This document shows positions 58,017 to 64,000 of a stretch of 64,000 nt of DNA, one piece after another. The stretch comes from Elusimicrobiota bacterium. GTDB taxonomy: Bacteria > Elusimicrobiota > Elusimicrobia > UBA1565. Both the position numbers and the translations under genes were made by a program. Every line of letters begins with the position of its first letter. Position 1 is the stretch's first letter. The notes beneath the pieces were generated by a model, which was given only the letters and a program-made list of their open reading frames with translations, made no database searches and was not told the DNA's origin. Where the stretch lies: contig JBDRPD010000083.1 in NCBI GenBank assembly GCA_043827405.1, positions 96,001 through 160,000 of the forward strand. The letters run 5' to 3'.

Positions 58017-58433
58017 ATGCAAACCTATGAGACTGTAATTGTCGCACATCCGCGTCTTACTGATTCTGAAGTCGGTGTTTTCTCCGATAACGTCAAGGAG
58101 CAGATCGTATCGGGGGGCGGCGAGGTCGTGAGCGAGGATAAATGGGGCCGGCGCAAGCTGGCATACCCGATCAAGAAGGTGCGGGAAGGTTTCTATATTT
58201 ACTTCAAGTTTCAGGCGGCGGGTTCCGTCGTCCAAAAAATGAATAAAAACTTCCGTCTCCAGGAGACGGTGCTCCGGACCCTGACGGTCGTCTCGCAGAA
58301 ACCCAAAAGGGTGCGCATCAAGCCGGCAAAAGCGGCCAAGCTCGCGGCGACGGCGGCGGCGACGGCGGCGGCGACGGCGGCGACGGCGGCGACGGTGACG
58401 GCGGAACCATCCGAAATTATGGCGGCGGACTAA
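58017..58433 (+). CDS. rpsF: 30S ribosomal protein S6 with Ala/Thr C-terminal tail
   Basis: YETVIV, WGRRKLAYPIKK, EGFY; first gene of rpsF-ssb-rpsR. Confidence 0.96.
   Translation: MQTYETVIVAHPRLTDSEVGVFSDNVKEQIVSGGGEVVSEDKWGRRKLAYPIKKVREGFYIYFKFQAAGSVVQKMNKNFRLQETVLRTLTVVSQKPKRVRIKPAKAAKLAATAAATAAATAATAATVTAEPSEIMAAD
58344..58403 (+). repeat. In-frame tandem repeat of GCG/ACG codons in rpsF
   Basis: gcggcgacg(gcg) units encoding AATAAATAAATAATAATVTA. Confidence 0.85.
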
Positions 58434-58843
58434 TGAAAGATATCCGACTTCTGCAGCAGAATATCGTACTGATCGCCGGACATTTGGCGCGGGATCCGGA
58501 GTTCCGAGTCACTCCGGGAGGCGCCCCCGTATGCAATTTCCGCGTCGGCGTCAGCCGCCGGTTCAAAGACGGCAAGACCGGCGACTGGAAGGACGAAACC
58601 ACTTGGATCAACGTCGAGGTATGGCGCGAGGCGGCCGAGCGGCTGAAGGATCAGCTGAAGAAGGGCAGCCCGGTGCACGTCGAGGGTCGGCTGAAGTCCG
58701 AAGACTATGAGGACAAGCAGGGTCAGAAGCGCACTATGTATAAGGTAGTCGCCAACCGTGTGCAGGCCCTGGAGAAGCGTGATTCCGGCGCGTCGTCTTC
58801 CTCGGGCAAGGCCGCGGCGGATATAGAAGAGGTTCCCTTTTAA
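58433..58843 (+). CDS. ssb: Single-stranded DNA-binding protein
   Basis: [20 protein letters not shown], acidic tail EEVPF. Confidence 0.96.
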   Translation: MKDIRLLQQNIVLIAGHLARDPEFRVTPGGAPVCNFRVGVSRRFKDGKTGDWKDETTWINVEVWREAAERLKDQLKKGSPVHVEGRLKSEDYEDKQGQKRTMYKVVANRVQALEKRDSGASSSSGKAAADIEEVPF

Positions 58844-59163
58844 TGGCTAATACCGCACCGCAATCGTCGTCTTTTTCACGTCCCGGCGGAAAGTCCAGCG
58901 GCGGACCCCGCCGGGCGCCGGCTCCCGGGGGACGTCCCCCCCGTCGCGGCTTTACACCGCGCCGCAAGGTCTGCCGTTTTTGCGCGGACAAAGTGGGCAA
59001 TGTGGACTTTAAGCAGGTCAACGTGCTTAAAACATTCACTACCGATCGCGGCAAGATTCTTTCCAGCCGCATTACGGGCAACTGCGCGAGCCACCAGCGT
59101 CAGCTGACGCGCGCAATCAAGCGCTGCCGCTATCTGGCGCTGCTGCCGTTCGCTTCTACTTGA
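58843..59163 (+). CDS. rpsR: 30S ribosomal protein S18 (Zn-binding type) with N-terminal extension
   Basis: [32 protein letters not shown]. Confidence 0.96.
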   Translation: MANTAPQSSSFSRPGGKSSGGPRRAPAPGGRPPRRGFTPRRKVCRFCADKVGNVDFKQVNVLKTFTTDRGKILSSRITGNCASHQRQLTRAIKRCRYLALLPFAST

Positions 59164-59182
59164 GCTAAGAGAGTAATTCGCC

Positions 59183-59629
59183 ATGAAGGTCATACTAAAA
59201 TCTGATGTCGAAAAGTTGGGCCGCGCCGGGGACATTAAGAATGTCCGGCTCGGTTTTGCCCGCAACTATCTCCTCGTTCGCGGCCTCGCGATGGAGGCCA
59301 CTCCGGTCGCCGTCCGCGAGTACGAGAAGAGCCGGGAGCGGCGGGAAAAGGCCCGCACGCAGACGCTGGAGTCGGCCAAGGCGACCTGTGAGAAGTTGGC
59401 CGCCGTCAAGCTCACATTCGACCGCAAGGTCGCCGAGGGAGGCAGGCTCTTCGGCTCCGTCGGCAAGACCGACATCGTGAAGGGCCTGAAATCTTCCGGC
59501 TACACCGTTGAGAAGGGGGACATCCTCCTGGATGCGGCGATCAAAGAGCTCGGCGAGCTAGAGGTTGAAGTCCGTCTCGCGCCCGAAGCCAGCGCGAAGA
59601 TCAAAGTCGCGGTTGTAGCGCGCACCTAA
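59183..59629 (+). CDS. rplI: 50S ribosomal protein L9
   Basis: MKVIL..DVEKLG, GFARNYL, GRLFGSV, IKELG. Confidence 0.97.
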   Translation: MKVILKSDVEKLGRAGDIKNVRLGFARNYLLVRGLAMEATPVAVREYEKSRERREKARTQTLESAKATCEKLAAVKLTFDRKVAEGGRLFGSVGKTDIVKGLKSSGYTVEKGDILLDAAIKELGELEVEVRLAPEASAKIKVAVVART

Positions 59630-59661
59630 GCTGTTAAGGGCTTCCCGCCCGGGATCGCCGT

Positions 59662-61071
59662 ATGCCGACCGATACGCTGCAAGTACCGCCGCAGGCCATT
59701 GATGCCGAAAAAGCCGTTCTCGGCTCGATGCTCATCGAAGGCGAGGCGGTCGAAAAGTCTATCGAGCTCCTCGAAGAGAAGCAGTTCTACAAGGATTCCC
59801 ACCGCAAGGTCTTTCACGCCGCCGTCAACCTGTTCGAGCAGGGGCGGGCGGTCGATATCGTTACCGTCGGCGAAGAGCTTAAAAAGCTGAAGTGGATCGG
59901 TGAAATCGGCGGCACAACCTATCTTTCCGAGCTCGTTGCGCATGTCGCGACCGCGGCGCACGTCGAGCATTATGCCCGCATCGTGCGCGATAAGGCCGTC
60001 CTGCGCGAGTTGATCCGGGTCTGCACCGGCATCGTCGGCGAGTGCTACGGCGAGATCAAGAAGCCGGGCGACCTGCTCGACGACGTGCAGGGTCGCGTGC
60101 TGGCGGTGGCCCAGAAGCAGGCCACCACCTCGTTCGCGGATATCAAGACTCTCTCGCACGAGGCCATCAAGGATATCGAGCGCCAGCATCAGAACAAGAA
60201 TGCGGTCACCGGCGTGTCTACCGGCCTGGCCGAGTTTGACAAGATCACCGCCGGATTTCAGAAGGGCGACCTGATTCTGATCGCCGCCCGCCCGAGCCAG
60301 GGAAAGACCGCTTTGGCCCTCAATATCGCCGGGCAGGCGGTCCTGCGCAAGGACGGTCCGACGCCCACCGCCGTATTCTCCCTCGAGATGTCCAAGCATG
60401 CGATCATGACGCGCTTTATTTCGACGCAGGCGGGCGTCGACCTGCACAAGGTCCGCACTGGTTTTTTCCCGCGCAATCGTTGGACGGATTTGACCAATGC
60501 CGCGGCGCGCTTCTCGGAAGCGCCGCTCTACATCGACGACACGTCGGTCCTGTCCGTGCTCGAGCTGCGCTCGCGGGCGCGCCGGCTGGCGTCCGAGCTG
60601 CAGTCGCAGGGCAGGGAGCTGGGGCTGATTGTGATCGACTACCTGCAGCTGATGCGGGGTTCCAGCCGCCGCAGCGAAAGCCGGCAGCAGGAAGTGTCCG
60701 ATATCTCCCGCGGCCTCAAGGGGCTGGCCCGCGACCTGAACATCCCCGTGGTCGCGCTGTCGCAGCTTTCCCGGCGCACCGAGGAGAAAGGGCGCAGCGA
60801 CGCCCGCCCGCAGCTGTCGGACCTGCGGGACTCCGGGGCGTTGGAACAGGACGCCGATCTTGTGGCATTCATCTACCGCGAAGGCTACTACAAGCCGCAG
60901 GACCCGGATCCCGAGCTGCAGCGCAAGGCTGAGATTATCGTCGCCAAGCAGCGCAACGGCCCCACCGGCATTATCCACGCCGTATTCGATCGGAACATCA
61001 CGCGCTTCAGTGATGTGGCCTCCGTTGCCGAACCTGAAGGCGAGGAAGAGGTCCAGGTCGTATTTTCGTGA
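59662..61071 (+). CDS. dnaB: Replicative DNA helicase
   Basis: PPQAIDAE, AARPSQGKT, FSLEM, IDYLQLM, LSQLSR, SDLRDSGALEQDAD, KQRNGP; no intein. Confidence 0.98.
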   Translation: MPTDTLQVPPQAIDAEKAVLGSMLIEGEAVEKSIELLEEKQFYKDSHRKVFHAAVNLFEQGRAVDIVTVGEELKKLKWIGEIGGTTYLSELVAHVATAAHVEHYARIVRDKAVLRELIRVCTGIVGECYGEIKKPGDLLDDVQGRVLAVAQKQATTSFADIKTLSHEAIKDIERQHQNKNAVTGVSTGLAEFDKITAGFQKGDLILIAARPSQGKTALALNIAGQAVLRKDGPTPTAVFSLEMSKHAIMTRFISTQAGVDLHKVRTGFFPRNRWTDLTNAAARFSEAPLYIDDTSVLSVLELRSRARRLASELQSQGRELGLIVIDYLQLMRGSSRRSESRQQEVSDISRGLKGLARDLNIPVVALSQLSRRTEEKGRSDARPQLSDLRDSGALEQDADLVAFIYREGYYKPQDPDPELQRKAEIIVAKQRNGPTGIIHAVFDRNITRFSDVASVAEPEGEEEVQVVFS

Positions 61072-62237
61072 CCGCGGGGCGCCGTCCCGTGGTCGAGTTC
61101 CCCCGGTTGTACCGCCCCACCTGGGCCGAGGTCGACCTCGGCGTCATTCTGGCCAATCTGAGAAAGCTGAAGCGCCGCGTCCGCGGCGCCGAGCTGCTGC
61201 TGGTGGTCAAAGCGAACGGCTACGGGCATGGAGCGGTGGAGGTCGCGCGCGCGGCGGAACAAGCCGGGCTGGTTCGCGGCTTCGGGGTGTCGTCGGTGGA
61301 GGAGGGTATCGCCCTGCGCGAGGCCGGCATCCGGCGCTCCATTCTGATCCTTGGCTCGCTCTATCCATTCGAGAGCACCATGGCGGCGATCCGTTACGGC
61401 CTGACGCCCACGGTCGCGTCGCTTGAAGGCGCGCGCCTGATCGAGCAGGCGGCGGAATCGATGGAGCGTCTGCATGCGGACGGGACCCAGGCCCTGCCGT
61501 TGAGCTGTCACTTGAAGATCGATACCGGTATGAGCCGGGTCGGCGTGCGTTGGCCCGCGGGCCGCGAGGTCGTCGATTACCTGGAGCGCGCTCCCGGCGT
61601 GCGGCTGGAGGGGGTGTTTACGCATTTGGCCTGCGCCGAGAACGACGTCCCGGCGACCCGCCGACAGCTCCGGCAGTTCCGGGCGGCGGTGCGGGAGATC
61701 GAGCGGCGGGGACGAAAGATTCCCTGCCGGCATGCCGCGAACTCCGCGGCGGCGATGCGCTTTCCGGAGAGCCGCTGGGATATGATCCGGCCGGGGCTGG
61801 CCGCTTACGGTTTGTATCCCGGCTTCGCGCCGGCGCTTAGCCTGAAAACGCGGATCGTCTTCCTAAAAAGCGTTCCGCGGGCGACGCCCGTCAGCTACGG
61901 TGCGTTGTACCGGACCAGGCGCAAATCCCGGATCGCGACTTTGCCCATCGGCTACGGCGACGGACTGCCGCGGCTGATCTCGCTGGCGCGGCGCGGCCGG
62001 CCCGGCGTGCTGCTGAAAGGAAGACGCTGCCCGATCGTGGGCGCCATCACCATGGATATGACCATGGTCGATGTTTCCGGCGTTCCGGACGCCGCGGTGG
62101 GTGATGAGATCGTTCTGATCGGACGTCAGGGCCGCGCGATGGTGTCCGCCGGCGACTTGGCGCAGGCCGCTCAAACCATTCCCTACGAGATTGTTACCGG
62201 CCTGCAGCCCCGGCTCCCTCGGATATATATCCGTTAG
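61068..62237 (+). CDS. alr: Alanine racemase
   Basis: VVKANGYGHG, KIDTGMSR, HAANS, IGYGDG, ITMD, IPYE. Confidence 0.97.
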   Translation: MTAGRRPVVEFPRLYRPTWAEVDLGVILANLRKLKRRVRGAELLLVVKANGYGHGAVEVARAAEQAGLVRGFGVSSVEEGIALREAGIRRSILILGSLYPFESTMAAIRYGLTPTVASLEGARLIEQAAESMERLHADGTQALPLSCHLKIDTGMSRVGVRWPAGREVVDYLERAPGVRLEGVFTHLACAENDVPATRRQLRQFRAAVREIERRGRKIPCRHAANSAAAMRFPESRWDMIRPGLAAYGLYPGFAPALSLKTRIVFLKSVPRATPVSYGALYRTRRKSRIATLPIGYGDGLPRLISLARRGRPGVLLKGRRCPIVGAITMDMTMVDVSGVPDAAVGDEIVLIGRQGRAMVSAGDLAQAAQTIPYEIVTGLQPRLPRIYIR

Positions 62238-62363
62238 CCGTCTTGTGCGCTGTCGCGGCGCCGAGATGGAAAACGTATAAAAAACATATACTTTTCTTCC
62301 TTTTCGCTTATTAAGGAAAATGGTAACATTGGAAAAGACCGCGCAGCATGCTGTGTGCATCAC

Positions 62364-63110
62364 ATGAGAGCCTTCGCACTTTCCCTGGTTTTTGTTTTCG
62401 CTCCCTGCCTCTGGGCGTCCGCTGCCGCCTCGGATGCCGCCGCGCCGGCGGAGGACGCGGAATTCGGCGACTTTGAGGACGAATTCGGCGGCGCGGCGGA
62501 GGCAAAGAAGGTCTTCGATCCGCTGCGGGGCTACAATCGCTTCATGTTCAAGGTGAACGACAAGTTCTATTATTATTTGCTGCGGCCCCTGGCGCTGCAT
62601 TACCGTTTCGCCGTTCCGAAGCAGGCGCGCACCGCGGTCAGCAAGTCCTTCCATAACCTGTACTTCCCGGTACGCTTCGTCAATACGCTGCTGCAGCTGA
62701 AATTCAAGAAGGCCGGGATGGAGTTCGGCCGTTTTGTCGTAAACTCCAGCGTCGGCGTCGGGGGCCTGTTTGATCCCGCGGGCCGCTACCTGAAATGGCG
62801 CCCCAGCGACGAGGATTTCGGCCAGACTCTCGGCCATTACGGCATGGGCGGCGGCTTCCCGGTGGTCCTGCCCCTGCTCGGCCCCAGCAATGTGCGCGAC
62901 GGCCTGGCGCTGGCGCCGGACGCTCTGCTCAACCCCCTGTCTTATGCCGTCGAGCTGCCGATGAGCGTCGCCGCCAGGGCGGGGGAAAAATTCAACTATG
63001 CGTCGCTCCATCTCGGGGAGTATGAGAGCGTGAAAAAAGATGCGCTCGATCCGTATACTTTCCTCCGTGACGCCTACGAGCAGAATCGCGACAAGAAAAT
63101 TCAGGAGTAG
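62364..63110 (+). CDS. mlaA: MlaA/VacJ family protein
   Basis: DPLRGYNR, RFVVNSSVGVGGLFD, EDFGQTLG, LPLLGPSNVRD, DPYTFLRDAY. Confidence 0.93.
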   Translation: MRAFALSLVFVFAPCLWASAAASDAAAPAEDAEFGDFEDEFGGAAEAKKVFDPLRGYNRFMFKVNDKFYYYLLRPLALHYRFAVPKQARTAVSKSFHNLYFPVRFVNTLLQLKFKKAGMEFGRFVVNSSVGVGGLFDPAGRYLKWRPSDEDFGQTLGHYGMGGGFPVVLPLLGPSNVRDGLALAPDALLNPLSYAVELPMSVAARAGEKFNYASLHLGEYESVKKDALDPYTFLRDAYEQNRDKKIQE

Positions 63111-63113
63111 CCC

Positions 63114-63752
63114 ATGAACAAGATGATATTCGCCGTGCTCGCTCTTTTGCTGCTGTGCCCGCCGGTTTTCGCCGACGAAGAGCTGCAGAAGGTCTCCGTT
63201 CTCGTCGAGACTTCCGCCAACAAGATCTTGGCGGCGCTCAAGGACAAGACGCTCGAGCGCGAAGCCAAGCGCAAGCCGGTCATGGCGGAAGTCGACCGGC
63301 TTTTCGACATGGAGCGCATGGCGAAGCTGGTGCTGGGACCGACAAATTGGAAGCGGTTCGACGAGAAGCAGCGCGCGCAGTTTACGGAGCTGTTTGTCCG
63401 GCTGCTGAAGGATTCCTATTTTGAGAAGGTCGACCTCCTGTCGGACGAGAAGATCGAGTTCGGCAAGCCCGCGTGGGAGGAGAAGAAGATCCATATGTCG
63501 GCCTTCATCCTGTCGAAGGACAAGCGCTACGAGATGATTTACAAGCTGTACAAGAAGGGCAGCGGCTGGAAGGCCTACGACGTCGAGATCGAGGGGATCA
63601 GCGTGGTGCGGTCCTACCGGTCGCAGTACGAACAGTTTCTCAGGGACGGCACGCCCCAGGAGCTGCTGGTCAAGATGAAGGAGAAGTCCCTGGCGGCGCC
63701 CGCAGCTTTTCAGAAAAAGGACGGCGATAAGCCGCAGGAGAAAAAACCCTGA
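63114..63752 (+). CDS. mlaC: MlaC/Ttg2D family lipid-binding protein
   Basis: Signal peptide; FDMERMAKLVLG; WKAYDVEIEGISVVRSYRSQY. Confidence 0.92.
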   Translation: MNKMIFAVLALLLLCPPVFADEELQKVSVLVETSANKILAALKDKTLEREAKRKPVMAEVDRLFDMERMAKLVLGPTNWKRFDEKQRAQFTELFVRLLKDSYFEKVDLLSDEKIEFGKPAWEEKKIHMSAFILSKDKRYEMIYKLYKKGSGWKAYDVEIEGISVVRSYRSQYEQFLRDGTPQELLVKMKEKSLAAPAAFQKKDGDKPQEKKP

Positions 63753-64000
63753 TCTCCATCTACGAATCCATCGTCCTGCAGCGCGCGAAGGCCGTGCTCC
63801 TCGTGCTGTTGGCCTGCCTTACCTTTTTCGCCTACTGGATCAAGGACTTCAGGCTCGACGCTTCCAGCGACTCGCTGGTTCTCGAGCACGACGACGATAT
63901 CCGCTACTATCGCGAGATCAACGTCCGTTATGAGAGCGGCGATTCCGTCGTTATTACCTATGCGCCCGAGGCGGATCTTTTCTCCGATCAGTCGCTCGCC
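63749..64000 (+). CDS. N-terminus of an MMPL/RND family transporter (3' truncated), probable CTG start
   Basis: Reads LISIYESIVLQRAKAVLLVLLACLTFFAYWIKDFRLDASSDSL...; TM1 then DAS.DSL motif; follows mlaA-mlaC. Confidence 0.75.
   Translation, partial: MISIYESIVLQRAKAVLLVLLACLTFFAYWIKDFRLDASSDSLVLEHDDDIRYYREINVRYESGDSVVITYAPEADLFSDQSLA

Noticed and set aside
58344..58403. Tandem repeat as a CRISPR array
   Set aside because: No unique spacers and no cas genes; it is an in-frame codon repeat in rpsF
59662..61071. Intein in DnaB
   Set aside because: Length (469 aa) and contiguous motifs are those of an uninterrupted DnaB
59626..63494. 450-aa and 543-aa minus-strand ORFs
   Set aside because: Antisense to dnaB, alr, mlaA and mlaC, which have clear family motifs

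Overview
GC-rich bacterial chromosomal window with about 55 protein-coding genes, almost all on the + strand. I found no rRNA, tRNA, CRISPR array, integrase or transposase. PorV-like barrels, FlgD-Ig/T9SS-type C-termini and a long low-complexity secreted leader suggest a diderm lineage such as Elusimicrobiota, but this is inference only. Housekeeping blocks are cca-M50-trpS-scpAB-glgA, ftsX::envC-ctpA-tsaD, folD-panE, rpsF-ssb-rpsR-rplI-dnaB-alr and mlaA-mlaC-MMPL. They flank an envelope and signalling region (about 15.9-55.2 kb). That region contains: (1) a signal-peptide-less solute-binding protein, a GAF-GAF-GGDEF cyclase and a PorV-like barrel with a coiled coil; (2) an MBOAT/SGNH pair; (3) an 8-module FlgD-repeat secreted protein with a PorV-like partner, directly ahead of an atypical Tad/Flp pilus operon (minimal secretin, Pro-rich CpaE-CpaF fusion, N-extended TadB); (4) a dense two-component cluster; (5) a ~2140-aa protein with a HExxH motif, two intact subtilase domains and HEAT repeats. 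Non-coding highlights are a perfect 21-bp AT-rich inverted repeat (43010-43072), a promoter- and terminator-bounded ~150-nt candidate sRNA with CCCTAA repeats (47137-47285), three phased NarL/DevR-like boxes, and repeated leaderless-type promoters. All family calls come from motif recognition by eye; no searches were run.
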